From contig NW_027141174.1 in the NCBI RefSeq assembly GCF_036365525.1, positions 7,440,001 to 7,504,000 of the forward strand: DNA of 64,000 nucleotides, in the 5' to 3' direction. Made by a program: the position numbers and the translations under genes. Each line of letters starts with the position of its first letter. The stretch's first letter is position 1. Positions 23,701 to 37,763 of the stretch are shown in pieces. The notes under the pieces were generated by a model. The model searched no databases and had not been told where the DNA came from. It worked only from the letters and a program-made list of their open reading frames with translations. The stretch is from Heterodontus francisci. Its lineage: Eukaryota.

Positions 23701-26700
23701 ATCCCGTGTTATCCAAGCTTCCCTTAACTTGCCAAACTTGCATTTCTTCCTCACAGGAACATGCTGGTCCTGGATTCTAATCAGCTGACCTTTGAAGACT
23801 CCCACATATCAGATGTTGATTTACCCTCAAACAGCCGCCCCCAATCTAAATTCTTCAGTTCCTGCATAATAGTGTTATAAATAGCCTTACCCCAATTTAG
23901 CACCTTCACCCGATGACTACTCTTATCCTTATCCACAAGTACCTTAAATCTTATGGAATTATGGTCACTGCTCTCGAAATGCTCCCCCACTGAAACCTCG
24001 ACCACCTGGCCGGGCTCATTCCCCAATACCAGATCCAGAATGGCTCCATCACTAGTTGGACTATCTACATACTGTTTGAAGAAGCCATCCTGGATGCTCC
24101 TCACAGATTCTGCCTCATCCAAGCACCCAGCACTAAGTGAGTCCCAGTCAATATTGGGGAAGTTAAAATCACCCTCCTCGCTGTCTACCACACGGCCAAT
24201 CTTTGTGTCATCTGCAAAATTCTTGATCATGCCCCCGACATCTACTTCCAAATCGTTAATATACACTACAAAAGGCAGGGGAAGCAGTACTGAGTCCTGC
24301 AGAACGCCACTGGAAACAGCCCTTCAGTCACTACAACACCCGTCAACAACTACCCTTGTTTCCTGCCTCTGAGCCAATTTTGTATCCACCTTGCTGCATT
24401 TCGCTGGATCCCATGGGATGTAATTGTTTGAACCAGTCTGTCATGTGGGACCTTTTCAAAAGCCTTGCTAAAATCCGTGTGGACCACATCAACTGCACTA
24501 CACTCATCTATCTTCCTTGTTACGTCTTCAAAAGGTTCGGTCAAGTTGGTGAAACAAGATCTTCTAAGTGACAGTTTATCCAGTCTCTCAGAATAGATTC
24601 CAATAATCTGCCCAATCCTGAGGTTAGACTGACTGCCCGGTAACTATTAGGGCTATGCTTCAGTCCCTTTTTCAACAGAGATACAGCGTTAGCAATTCTC
24701 CAATCCTCCAGCACGACACCTGCATCCAGTCAGGACTGAAAAATGATGGTCAGACCCTCGGTTCTTTCGGCTCTTGCTTATTTTAACATCCTGGGGTACA
24801 TTTCATCCGGGCCTGGTGATTTACCTACTTTCAAGGATGCTAATCCCATTACTACTCCCTCTCTCCCTCTGTTATTCATATCTAATAATTTACACTCTTC
24901 CTCCTGAACTACAATGTCCCCATCCCCCCTCTTTAGTGAAGACAGACGCAAAGTGTTCAATACAAACCATACCAATATTTTCTTCTCCTGCACATAGGTT
25001 ATCGTTTTAGTATTTTATGGGCCTCACTCTCTCCTTCGTTACCCTCTTACTCTTAATGTATTGAGAAAACATCTTTGGATTCACCGTGATTTTGTTTGCA
25101 ATATTCTTTCATGCTCTCTCTTTGCTTTTCTAACTTCCTTTTTGATTTCACCCCTCCACTTTCTATACTCCTCCCAGCTTTCTGCAATATTAAGTTCTCA
25201 GTATCGGACATTACTTTCCTTTTCTGCCTTTTCTTACCCACTCGGTTCCCTGATATTCATGGGGGTCGAGATTTGGGCGCCTCACCCTTTTTTTGTGGGA
25301 ACATCTTTACCCTGAACCCCTTGAATCTCTCCTTTGAATGCCTCCCACAGCTCTGAGACGGATTGACCTTCATGTAGTTGTTTCCAGTCCATTTTCCCTG
25401 CACAGTTTATTAAAATTGGCCTTGCCCCAATTGAGAACTCTAACTCTTGTTCTATGTCCGTCCTTTTCCATAATTATGATAAAACTAACTGAATTATTAC
25501 CACTACCAGAAAAATGTTCTCCCACTGCCATTCCTTCCACCTGCCCATCTTCATTTTCTTAAACTAAGTCCAAAACTGCACCCTCTCGTGTTGCACGTGC
25601 CACATACTGTGCAAAGACGTTCTCCTGAATGCACCTCATGAATTCTGCTCCCTCAATTCTTTTCAGACTAAAACTATCCTAGTTAATATTGGGGTAATTA
25701 AAATACCCTACTGTTACTATCCTCATGTTCTTGCAATTCTCAGAGACTTGCCTACATATCTGCTCTTCTATCTCCCTCTGACTATTTGGCTGTCGAGATA
25801 ACATTCCCAGCAGTGAGATTGCCCCCTTTTGGTTTCTTAGCTCAATCCATAAGGCCTCATTTCATGAACCTTCCAACATATCATCCCTCCTCACAGCTGT
25901 AATAGATGCCTTGACCAAAATTTTCACTCCCCCTTCTTTCTTAACCTCGTCCCTATCGCGTCTGAAAAACCTGTAACCAAGAATGCTGAGCTGTCATTCC
26001 TGTCCCTGCTTAAGCCATGTTTCTGTCATAGCCATGATATAATATTGCTACGTGTGTATCTTTGTCCTCAGCTCATCTGCTTTATTCCCTATAACCCTTG
26101 CATTGAAATGGATACACTTGAGCACAGCCAAGCTCCTTTTGTTTTCAATTATTCATCTCCTCTGTCTTCCGGACTCATTCATTAATTTTCCACCTTCCAT
26201 TTTCATTTCTGATTGTGTCTCAGCTGAGTCCACCCTAAGGTCCCCACCCCCTGCCAAACTAGTTTAAACCCTCCCCAACAGCACTCGCAAAACGTTCTGC
26301 AAGGAACTCAGTCCTGGCTCAGTTCAGGTGAAACCCGTCCGGCCTGTACAGATCCCATCTCCCCCGCAGCCAGTCACGAAATCCAAAAACTCTGAAGCCC
26401 TCCCTCCTGCACCATCTTTCCAGCCATGCATTCATCTATCGTATCTTTCTATTTCAATAGTCACTTGCGTGAGGCACTGGGAGTAATCCAGAGATGACGA
26501 CTTTTGATGTCCTGCTTATCAATATCTTCCCTAGCTCCCTAAATTATGACTGCAAGACCACATCCGTCTTTCTACCTATGTCGTTGGTTCTGATGTGGAC
26601 CACGACTGGTGGCTGTTTTCCCTCCCCTTCCAGGATGATCCATAGCCGCTCGCTGACGTTCTTGATCCTAGCATCAGCGAGGCAATGCACCACCCTGGAT

Positions 26701-27370
26701 GCACGTCTGCGGCAACAGAAACGCCTGTCTGTTCCCCTGACATTGAATCCCCGAATACGATGGCTCTTCCAGTCTTTCCTGCGCCTCCTTGTGCTGTTGA
26801 GCTATCCGTGGTGTCATGGACTTGGCTCTGGCTGCACTCCCCAGGTGAAGCATCATTTTCCTCAGTATTCAGAACTGAATACCTGTTGGAGATTGAGATG
26901 CACTCAGGGGTCTCCTGTACAACCTGCCTGTTTCTTATTGACTGCCTGGTGATCACGCATTCCCTCTCCTCCTGCAGACTCTTTAACTATGGGATGACCA
27001 CATCTATAAACGTGCGATCTACGTAGATATCATCCTCACAGATCCACCGCAGTGTCACCAGCTGCCGCTCAAGTTACAAAACTCGGAGCTCAAGCAGCTT
27101 CAATTGACAACACTTCCGCACAAATTGGTCTCCAAAATACAGGAAGCATCCTGCAGCTCCCACATAGCATGATATGTGCACTCTCGAGGTTGAAGCTACC
27201 CTGCCATTCCTTTATTTATTAGTTGTCCCTTTGCTACTGCTAAAAAGAAAAACTTAGCAATACTACAACAGCTTAGAATTATTAAATAAACCGAATCACT
27301 ACTGATACATCCTGCTAAAAATCAATGCAGTTCACTAATTTAAAAAAAACTTACTCAAAAATAAAAACAT
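20727..27370 (-). mobile_element. Decayed near-full-length CR1 LINE, split by a younger CR1
   Basis: ORF1 at ~27210-26260 (ISISNRYSVL, IVFGDS); RT NFADDTKIGRVVDSEE (24172) resumes at ~21699; (TATGATT)n-type tail at ~20727. Confidence 0.85.
21700..24171 (-). mobile_element. 5'-truncated young CR1 LINE nested in an older CR1
   Basis: ORFs 23083-23805, 22253-23086 and 21789-22247 are frameshifted ORF2; tail reads (AAAGAAC)x3 on + at 21704-21724. Confidence 0.95.
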
Positions 27371-27374
27371 AGAC

Positions 27375-27820
27375 TGCAATTTCTGGACGAGTCCGTGTTT
27401 CATGTAAATATGAAATGTGCGAGATTGCAGCCCCTCTTTCAGTATATAAAGGGGCTGCGCCTCAGATTTTGGTTATACCTGAGCCCCACGCTCCTGATCT
27501 TTGGGCACACGATGGAGAGGGGCGTAGGCCGGGAGGAGGATATCCTCATCTGTCTGCTCCTGGGCCTTGCCAATGTGGCCATTCGCAGGAACACGCTGCA
27601 GGCCATCAGGCGGTCGGTCCACCCTGATGGCCTGCCCATTTTTGAGGTTACATTCGCACCCAGGTATCCCTGGAGAAGGAGCATTCAGTGTCTGCACGTT
27701 CATTTGAGGCTTTCCGCGACTGGTAGGCACCGCAGGGGCTGGAGTGCCTTTTCGATGTCGAGAATGGCAGATAACTTTGAGTCTGTTTTGTCTATTTTAT
27801 TTTATTAAAATTACAAAAAA
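27375..27820 (+). mobile_element. Tx1-clade LINE 3' fragment
   Basis: CNF..DESVFHVNMKCARLQPLF zinc knuckle, paralogous to 33860-34240; A-rich tail at 27815-27820. Confidence 0.85.
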
Positions 27821-27894
27821 GGGGTTAGATACAGAGTAAAGCTACCTCAGCACTGTCCCATCGAACCCACCCAGGACTGGTACAGCACAGGGTT
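27821..27894 (+). repeat. One unit of the ~68-bp GGGTTAGATACAGAGTAAAGCT satellite-like repeat
   Basis: GGGGTTAGATACAGAGTAAAGCTACCTCAGCACTGTCCCATC..CCCAGGACTGGTACAGCACAGGGTT; homologous units at 34354-34510. Confidence 0.8.
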
Positions 27895-30800
27895 GGCAGC
27901 TGCCTAATTGTAGTGCCGACTGCTGATTGCAGCAACAAGCCTCAGTAACAGCGCTGGTGGCAGTTGAAGGTTGTTGAGGTGGAGAGAGGAGCTACAGTTA
28001 GCAAATGAAAGCGTCAAATACAATCACCATTACAGTGAAGAAAGAGACATTTTGTTGGACGCAAGGCTTTTTCTGGAGATCGGTGCTGAACACCAGTAGT
28101 TTGGTCTTGTTTGGTCTGTTGGGGGAGAAACACGTGGCTGGAACAACACGGGGTAGGGATTCCAACTCAGCAGGAATCTGTGCTGCTGCAAAAAACACAC
28201 AGGGAAGCTCCCTCCCCAACCCAATTGCCCAGCCTTGGTTGGCTGAAGCTGCACGGCTAAAGAGATGGAAGGAGATAGATAGTGCCTGGGCAGCTTCAGC
28301 TGACCCAGTTTAAGCCACCTCCCCCAACCAGAAGACCAAAAGGCCAAGATTGTTGGCACAGTCTGTTTTAAGTGTGCTGTGTGCAACACCTCCTGAGAGC
28401 AAGACATCCGTTACAGCCTGTCTTTCCATCTCCTCTGTACCGTCAGCCTCTCCCCTAAACTGTTATTTGTCTGTTTTATTTTAATATACATTCAGGATCT
28501 CTGGTGAATCTTTCAAGTTATTTGTTTGCAGGCCCACAATTCGGGGTGGATTTAGCTCTTGGACCCATGGCACTTCATCACTGATGCTGGGGCCCTCTTC
28601 CAGCTACGCAGCTGCAGCCTCTGTGGCTGCAGCCCCGTCACTCTTTAATTTTATAGCATCCAGCCATGGGGTGAAGATCTATCCCCACCCCAACATGTCC
28701 ATTGAGGCCTGCGTAAAGGCAATGGCAGAGGTTGCCGGCACCTCAGGCATTGTTGCAGCCTCAAAGATGAACGGTAAGGCTGTGTTCTTTCTGAAGACTG
28801 AGATGGCGGTGACCCTCAATGTGGAGGGCACCTTACTGCCAGTGGACCCTCTCGAGACCACTGCGCAGCGGATCATGCAATCAAATGCCCCGCCCTTTAT
28901 TCCCAGTGAGCTCCCCCTCCCCCATTTGCACCATCTCGGGGAGGTAAGGTCGGGATCACCCGAGTCCTGCTCGGTCTTCTGGAGCACAGCCACCGACATG
29001 TCTACTCCTTCTGCCGCTAGCTATTCATGCAGTTGGCATGGGAGGAGGTCTCGGAGGGCCACTTTAGTGTGGAGTTCCAGGCGACGGCCTACCATGTCTT
29101 CTGGACCTCGGACGGGCGCGGTATCATATCTGCAAAGGGCTGGGACACGTTCGTAAGAACTGCCCTAACAGCCCGGCAGCCAGCTCCACTTCGGCGGCCC
29201 AGGGTGGGGTTGCTGCAGCTCCTCCCATTCCCCCTACACCTCCGAAAGACACTATTCAGTCGGTTCTGGAGGGGATGGTTTACATGGCCTCCGTCGGGGA
29301 GGGGTGTGTCTGTCCGAGCGGAAGGAAGGTGCAGAGGAAAATCAAACAACAAGAGGTGCATCTCCTGGACACCATGGCACAACCTGAGCCTGAGCTCACA
29401 CGATGGCCCGCTAACGGGGAATCCCCCGCCCTAGGACTGGGCTCAGGCACAGGGTGACCAAGGAAAAGGAGGGTGCAGAGGCTTAGGCCTCTGCTGACAT
29501 GGAGGTCTCTGAACATCTATGCCCAAGTGGGAAAAAGAGGAGAAGGCACCCCTCTACAGAGGCAACTCAGGACCTTGAGGTGCAGGGGACCATCTGCTGG
29601 AGGGGAGCTGGCTCCTGGTTAGGGTCCCCAGGTACCCCCTGCCACCACCAGCACCAAGGCTGCAAACCCTGGCAGGAGCTCCATAACCATCAGGATAGAG
29701 GGGAGGGGGAGACCCCTGAACATGCAGCCCCTCCTGATGGAACAAATGGCCCACTGCCTGTGATGCTGGAGCCTGGAGATGTTCCTGGAGAAGCCTCCCA
29801 TTCTGCCACTCGGTGGAGTGCACTCAGTGGAGGGGTGGGCAAGATCCCACAGGGTCGGCCTTCCCGGTTACATTCCATCCCCGATCAGGAGATACACGAT
29901 CCCGTTATAACTGAAAATGATGGTCCATCTGCGGGGTCTATGGGCGCTTGCGAGGTGGGAGATGGCCCCCTCTCTCTACCTCTGGTCTCGGCTCTGGCTG
30001 GATTTAAAGAGTCGAGAACCTTCGTCCCCCCTGGACCGCAATTTGGCCTGCGGACGGATTTGGAGGGGGGTCCTCAATCACTGGCGCCCATAGGCTCCAG
30101 TGTCACAGTAGAACCCAGAGAGGACTCCTCCGCCATCGATCCCGGGGGTTGGGATCGTCACCGAGGAAGGACCAGCTGGCCTAGCCGGGATGTAAACCCC
30201 ACAGTGTGTGGTGGGTGTGTCGGCCGCTGGCGGTGACGACCTTGAGGAGGACGGGGACTCGATGTGTGGCACGGAAGACAATCATGATTTCATCACCAGT
30301 GAGGTGGTGGACTCCCTCGTGCCTCCCACTGAGTCTTCTCTCATCCACACGGCAGATCTCTGGGATTTCCTCGCGGCATGTAAGGGTTGCTGCAATAAAG
30401 GTCAGCTGGCTCTCAGACATTCGTCGCATCTGGAGCTGACCATCCGGTCCATACGAGCCACCCTCAAGAAAGCGGGGAATGATGCGGGCGTGAAACTGGC
30501 TGAGAGACGCCAATTTAATGTGCTTTTCAATGGGTTGCTGGAGGAGTGGTAGGCCAGCTGTATTTCCACTCCTTATTCACAGTGAAGTGTTGCTGACGGT
30601 TTTTAAGTACATTTGACATGAAGATAACCATAGTCAGCCTCAGCATCAACGGCAGTAGGGCGTCTAACTGCAGATTTCACAATCTCTCAGTCCTTGGGGT
30701 AGGGAGATATGCGGTAAACATTTGGCAGGAAACCCACACTGTTCCGGGAGACAAAACCACCTGGCTCCTGGAGAGGAAGGATGGGGTCTACATGAGTCAC

Positions 30801-33800
30801 CTCACGCCTATTTCCAGTGGGATGGCTATCTTGTCGGCCCCAACTTTACAGCCGGAGATCTTGGGGTCAAGGAGTTCATGCTGGGCAACTTGCTTCACCT
30901 CACCATTCGCCTGGGTAGCGTTCCACTCCACTTTGTGAACGTGCGCGCGCCTAGGCCGGCGCGTTGCAATCATGCTTCTTTGAAGAAGTGTCCACTCTCA
31001 TGAACCCCATCGATTGCAGCGTGTGCATCATCCTTGGGAGGGGATTTTAACTATATCCTCGAGGTGGGGTATCGGTTCGGTCCCCAGCACGGCCAAGCGT
31101 CGGGTGAGAAGTTATTTGAACTTGGTGGACGTCTGGCGGAACGTCCATCCCGACTTCAGCGCCTTCACATGGAGGTTTGGAAGAGGAAGGTACCGAATCG
31201 ACCGCCTCTACTTTTCACAGGCAAATGTCTCCCGCGTCTTGGCGGCCTCCATGCTGCTGGTGCCGTGCTTGGACCAACACCTGGTGTGCGCGGAGTTCAC
31301 TCCACTCTGCATGCGGGCAGTCCACGTGCTGACACTTTAACAGCCGGCTGCTGGTGTACGAGCGATTCCGCGAGTACTTCCATCGATTCAGGGCCGACTG
31401 GAGAAGGAAGCAATGGGGCATCCCCTTCTTGAGGCTATGGTGGGATGTATGCAATACTCTCATCCGTGTCTTCTGTCAAGTGTACGCGAAGGGGTGGACC
31501 AAGAGGTGTGAAGCCGAGATCGGGCACCTAAAGAGGGAGTCCAGCTTCGGTCAAGCCGCCGCAGACCCGGCCCTGTGGCAGGCGTACAAAGGGAATGAGG
31601 GCGCGCTGAGGGACCTGCAGCTCATAGGGTTCCGAGGTGCCTACTTGAGGTCGCTGATCCAGTCCCTGGAAGATTTTGACGTGCCTCCCCCTTCTTCTAC
31701 TCGCTGGAAAAATGGCGTGGGGTCCATAAGCAGCTCATTTGAGCTGCTAGCCAGCGACAGATCTTCCATGAGGTATCCGGAGGGACTGGGCCTCCTAGCC
31801 CATACCTATTACTGTGCATTGTCCACTCCGGATCTGTCCAGCGAGGACGCGCACAGACTTTTGTGGGAGGACCTGCCGTAGGTCAGCCTGGAGGACATCG
31901 AAGGATTGGAGGCTCTGCTCATGTTGGCAGAGCTGACCGGTGCCTTCTACCAGCTGTCGAGGAACAAATTCCCGGGACTGAGAGGCTGATCGTAGAGTTC
32001 CTCAGGGGGTCTGGGACGTCCTGGGGGATGATTATACGCGTGTCCTGGGGAAAAGCCTGGTGACCGGGGAGATGCCCCTCTCGTGGCACTGGGCAGTCAT
32101 CGTCCTGCGTCCGAAGAGGGGTGATCTCCGCCTGCTTAAAAACTGGCGTCCAGTCTCCCTCCTCGGCACAGATTATATCATCATTTCCCGGGCTGTGTCT
32201 ACCTACCCTGGCTCCGTGCTGGCCCACATGATCCAGCCTGACCAGTTGTACACGGCCCCAGGCTGGTCCATACAGGACAGCGCCTCCTGGTCCAGAACCT
32301 GATACATCTTTCGCAGAGGACTGGTCTGTCCGTCGCCTTTCTCTCCTTCTATTATTCAGCTGGGTGGATCACGAATGTACTCTGCACGCGTTTGGACTCG
32401 GGCTGCATTTTGTGGCCCAGTCCGACTTTCTTACGCCGCCAAAGAGTGTCTGGTGAAAGTTAATAGCTCCTCGATAGCGCCCCCTGTGTTTGGGATAGGA
32501 TTGCATCAGGGGTACTCAATTTCCAGCCAATTGTATACCATTTGCTTGGAGCCATTTCTGTGCCTACTTCACAGGACGTTTCCGGGATTGGCTCTGCACG
32601 GGCCGGCCATGAGCATCCTCATCACAGCTTCCTCTGATGACGTGCTCCTCGCGGTCGCAGATCCCGTTGACTTGCAAACGATCGCCAGCAAACCTTTTCT
32701 ACAGCATCCTCTGCGAGGATCACTTGGGAGAAATGTTCCGGACTCCTGTTGGGTCAGTGGCATATAGACTCCCTAAGAGAGGAGTTAGCATTTTTTGCGT
32801 GGAGCACCACGCACGTCCTCTGTCTGGGAGTCCACCTTAGTCCCGCTAAGGAAGCCTGTGTGGCAAACTGGCAGGAGCTGGACGCGAAGGTCACCACTCA
32901 GCTGGGGCAATGGACAGGACTGCACCGAGTGCTTTCCGACAGGGGCCGAGCACTGGTCATAAACCAACTGGTGGCCTCGCTGCTGTGGCACCGTTTGGTA
33001 TATTTGGCCCCGCCCCTTGCATTCGCCACCAAGATCCAGAAGAAACCAGTCGAATTTTTCTGGGGCAAGGGGAAATGCTGGGGCTCTGCCATGGTCCTGA
33101 ATCTCCCAATTGAGGAGGGCGGCCAGGTTCTGGTGTGCGTCCGCACCCAAGCTGCGACTCTCTACCTTCGGACAATGCAGAGATACCTGTACATCAAGCG
33201 TCCTCCCAGATGGTGTGCGCTGGTGACGTATTTTTTCTGCCAGTGTCCCTGCCTTCAGGACAACAAGCAGCTCCCGGTGGAGACTATAAGCCGTACCTCT
33301 CTGAGGGAGTTGCGTGACTTATACCGGGATCTATTGCGAGTCTGGAACATGGTCGGCTCCAGTCAGAGCACTCCCCTGCTGGCGGAGGAGAGTCCCTCGG
33401 CTATCCGGGCGGCCAACTCGGGGGATGGAGCGGCGGGTGGAGGAGTAGCCGAAGCCCCAGGGACGCCCCTCACTGCGGGTGGTGAGGGGGCTCGGGAATG
33501 CAGAGCGCTCCTGGCCGAGCTGAGCCTGGCTCAGTTGGAGATGTTCATCGGACCCAGGCCCCGAAACCCTCCTTGGGAGTCGGTCCTGCACAATACGAGC
33601 CCTCGGTGCCATCCTAATCAGTGCGAAGGGGTTTCTTGTACGGGCTGCTCCTGTGCACGCCCCACGTCCTCGCCTTTGTCAGCCGGCCGGACACGCCCTG
33701 GTGGTCCATGTTGCCATCTGGCGAGAAACCCCGATGGAGGACTATCTACGTGGGAGTCCTCCCACTTTACATCAGGGACATGGCTCCGGTGGAGGGTGCT

Positions 33801-34350
33801 GCATAGGGCAGTCCTATGCACTAGACTTTTAAGTAGGTTCGTGGACTCCGAGGCTGCTTGCAATTTCTGCAGGCTGGACGAGTCCGTGTTCCACGTAGAT
33901 ATGGAGTGTGCGAGGTTGCAGTCCCTCTTTGAGTATTTGAAGAGGCTGCTCCTCACGTTTTGGCTACACTTCAGCCCCACACTCCTGATCTTTGGGCACC
34001 CGGTGTGGAGGCGCGTGGGCTGGGAGGAGGATCTCCTCGTCGGTCTGCTCCTGGGTCGGTCCAAGGTGGCAATTCACAGGTCCAGGCTGCGGTCCGTCGG
34101 GGGGGTTCGACCGACCTGATTGCCTGCCCCTCTTCTGAGGGTGCAGTCGCGCACAGGAGTCCATGGAGAAGGAGTAAGCGGCATCCGCCGGCACACTGGA
34201 GGCCTTCCACGACTGGTAGACACCGCAGGGGCTGAGAATGGCTTTTTTAATTTGAGTTTTTGTTTTATTTATCTGTTCTTTCAAAAAGCTACTTTAAAAA
34301 GTCTAGAAAGGGAGCCTGGAAGATAAAGGGTCCCTCGACAAGAAAAAAAA
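27895..34350 (+). mobile_element. Near full-length Tx1-clade (L1-group) LINE, both ORFs disrupted
   Basis: ORF1 HGVKIYPHPNMSIEACVKAMAEV..AASKMNGKAVFFLK (~28570-30550). ORF2 MKITIVSLSINGSR..QETH, GGDFN, RIDRLY, KNWRPVSLL, DD motif and C-terminal CxxC..H..C (30618-34240). Poly(A) at 34343-34350. Confidence 0.92.
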
Positions 34351-34353
34351 GAC

Positions 34354-34510
34354 GGGGTTCGATACAAAGTTAAAAAAGGGGTTAGATATCGAGTAATGCT
34401 CCCTCTGCACTCTCCCCATCAAATTCCCAGGGCAGGTACAGCAATGGGTTAGATACAGATTTTTAAAATAAAAGGGGTTATATACAGATTAAAGCTCCTT
34501 CAACACTGTT
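34354..34510 (+). repeat. GGGTTAGATACAGA satellite units interleaved with short A-rich inserts
   Basis: The motif recurs at 34354, 34378, 34446 and 34474. Confidence 0.8.
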
Positions 34511-35127
34511 CAAGGTCGATGGAGTGCAGCTGGAGGCTGATGCACTTGGTCATTGATTATGGCAAAATCTCTTTCCCACCTCCAATAAATGATAAAACAG
34601 AACAGGACGGATAGAAATGGAAACAAGCGACATTTTATTATTGTCGCAGATACTCATTGCATGGCTTTTGAGGTAGTTACCTGCTGAACGTTGAAAACCT
34701 GCACTGCTGAGTGCAAGACTATTACAATTTGTATTAATTACCTAGTTTCTGCTTTGTGAACTGTTGTAAAATTGAGATAGTTCATAGTTCATGTTATTGA
34801 AATTAATTAGAATAGTTTAGAATGATAAGAGGTTAATGCTGAACTACAGCAATAACAGACTCAAAAAACACAAAAATCATTCAATGATAAAAATTATCAA
34901 TACATAACGCAACACAGACATTAATTCAACGTAACATCAGTATCAGGTTCCCACTCATACATGCCAGAGCGTCACTCTCACGAATTGAAGCATGAAAAGG
35001 CACCCGACTGCTCCCTGCGTCTTCCCTGTTCCCGTGACTGTGCCTGTGTGAAATGCAAGAAATGGCTGTCTAATAACCCCACAAAACCTTACGAAAATTA
35101 ACGAATTTTATTTTAGAAATAGCTCTC

Positions 35128-35278
35128 NNNNNNNNNNNNNNNNNNNNNNNNNNNNNNNNNNNNNNNNNNNNNNNNNNNNNNNNNNNNNNNNNNNNNNNNN
35201 NNNNNNNNNNNNNNNNNNNNNNNNNNNNNNNNNNNNNNNNNNNNNNNNNNNNNNNNNNNNNNNNNNNNNNNNNNNNNN
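35128..35278. other. Assembly gap (151 N)
   Basis: Run of n. Confidence 1.
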
Positions 35279-37763
35279 AGCAGTCTGCAGGACTGACAGG
35301 CACAGGACCATGTAAGAGTGTTATCTCTGCCAAGGGCATAATTCCAACACAGGATCTGAACAAGACATTAACTAAAGCTGTTCAGATGGAGCCTCAAACT
35401 CTCTTTATTCAAAAGTCTGGCAGATATTTACACTCTGTACCAAGCACAAGATAAGGTGAAAGGTGAGTTCACGGTGGAGTGATGGGCAGAGGTGAACTTA
35501 CTTTGGTTACCTATCCCTTGGTGGTTAGGCAATTGGAATTTTAAAAAATGATTGACCAGAGACACTGACCAGACCCGAGAAATGACGAATATAAACAAGT
35601 GGTCGGGAGGGAAATGTTCAGTCTTCTTCGGACAGAAGGGGAATTTCCCGAAGCTGAACTTCAGCTGAGTTTTCAATTACAGACTAACAGTTTGGCCAGC
35701 TCAAGAAGACTGAGGACCTAAGAGACCTTTAACACCTCGCCTGCCTCATCTGTCAGCAAGACTGTCATCACCGTTCTCTCCCATCGTATGAACTGGGATT
35801 GGTAAACCGTTCAACCGGTTCTGTTTGGATGTCTTTTCTGTGTCCTTAGCTTTTGTATCATCATATTCAAGCTGCTGCCTCTTAAGAAACAACTTCAGAA
35901 ATACGCCTGTGCTTTCAATCCCCGTTTTTGGGTCATCTGTGACTTCCCAACCAAATGTTACACAAAGGCATGCCCAGCAGCAGGTAGTTATGAGACAGGC
36001 GCTGAAAGCAATTTCACAATTCAGCACTGTGGGGTACAGATAATTTTACAAGCACTTCATGTGGTCTGTCTCCATTGCCAACTGAATTATATAACTATTT
36101 GACATAATATGACCCCGAACACCCCACCCGTAACCAGCTTTTTATTTTTCAGTAACCTGTGAAGAATCTTCAAAGTGACACTTTTCAAAGAACTGTACAA
36201 AGTCTGGCAGATTGTGTCAAAACCCTCACTGGTTTGTGACATCACTCTGTGGTCTGTGGAAGACTGCAGTTAAAAGTCACAGCCTCTGCTACCGCCTGCT
36301 GACAACATGCTAAACTTTCTGGCTGCCCTACAGTTATCGCTATCGAAAAGCCAGAGATGCTTCATGTCCACCTCATTGAGAAATGTAATTAGACTTTTAT
36401 CAGTAACATTTTCACACATTTTCCTCCCATCTGCCTTTTGCGCTGCCATATTCGCTGCCTGTGAGTTAGTCTCCAAAGATTGCCGTCATATGTTTTGTAA
36501 CTTACAAAGATTTGCTGGGCAGACTCATAAAGAATTTGAGAGTGTGAAACAAATTAATATTGATTGTTGGATTTCGGGCCTTAATGATGGAGCCACATGT
36601 GAGACTCTTAGGGAACGAATTCTCCTGGAGGAATTTAAAAATTCACTCCCTCCATTGGAATTCAGGTCCACAAGACTAAACGTTACCATTATCACACGTT
36701 GGAACATGTTTGTGCAGAATGCTGGATGATTCATCAAAACCCATGGGACTGATTGGGGTGCACAATTCAATGCAGTGAAAGATGCACTGTCTGGGAGTAT
36801 GACAGATCAGACTGTCGCTCTGACAGCAGCTGTAAGGCCAAGTACAAAAAACACTGTGAATGTAGGGGTTGTGAATGAGATACCTGAGAGTTATTGGGAA
36901 TTCTTGTCGAAAGTAAATGCAAGTGAGCAACTTCAACTCATAATTATACTTAGGGATACAAGAGCTATCCAAAAGATTTTGCTGAGGAAATGCATAACAT
37001 TTCCACTAGAGAGCACACTAAACGTTAAAGTTTTAGTGAAGGGTATTGGCGGGAATATATACCTGTACCTTCGTATCGGGAGCAGCTAGATTGTGTCCTA
37101 ATGTCTGGAACGGTAACTACAGTGGTTGTCCATAGTTGTCAGTAAACAGAGTTGGCCTATTCATGGGAAATTATTTGGCAGGAGCAAAAGTAACTGCTTT
37201 TCCAGTTATCACGGATAAAAGTAAACAAGTGCTGTCAAAAAGTCACAAGAGTTGGAGGAAACATTTGCAGGAATGTTCCCTTCATGTGGAGTAACCCAAG
37301 CAATTGCAAAACAAGTTCCAGTGTCAGAGGTAAAATTGGTACCGCTGTCAGATAGCCGAATAACAGAAACGTTCTTTGGGGATTTGGATAACCAAAAGGA
37401 ATAGTTAATAAGCCTTCTCTGATCACAGTGGGGCAATCTGTTGCAGAGTTAAATAAAATGGTCAAGATAATTGATCAAATAAACTATTTGATTTGCACTC
37501 CAGTCCGCCGGAAAAAGAATTAATTGTGTCATATAATATGGTAAAACACTGTTATTGCCCGGAGGAGAATAAGCAAGTACAGGTATGTCCGGTAATAGGG
37601 ATAGTGAAGGATGAAAGGGATTATGAAGATGAGGCAGAAGGAGGCCCGAAAATTGCTTTAATTGGACCTTCTACTCTTCGGTTGAATAATACTGAATTGC
37701 GAGGCAAGATTGGATAAAGGGCTTTCATATTTAGATAAAAACCAACAAGAAGACCCAACAAGG

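Noticed and set aside
23781-24266. ORF with RT motif FADD fused upstream of endonuclease motif GDFNFP as a novel domain order
   Set aside because: Chance in-frame junction where a young CR1 inserted into an older CR1 at ~24171.
32749-34119. 456-aa ORF as a host or domesticated gene
   Set aside because: C-terminal part of Tx1 ORF2 with an internal frame-shifted stretch; upstream RT is broken.
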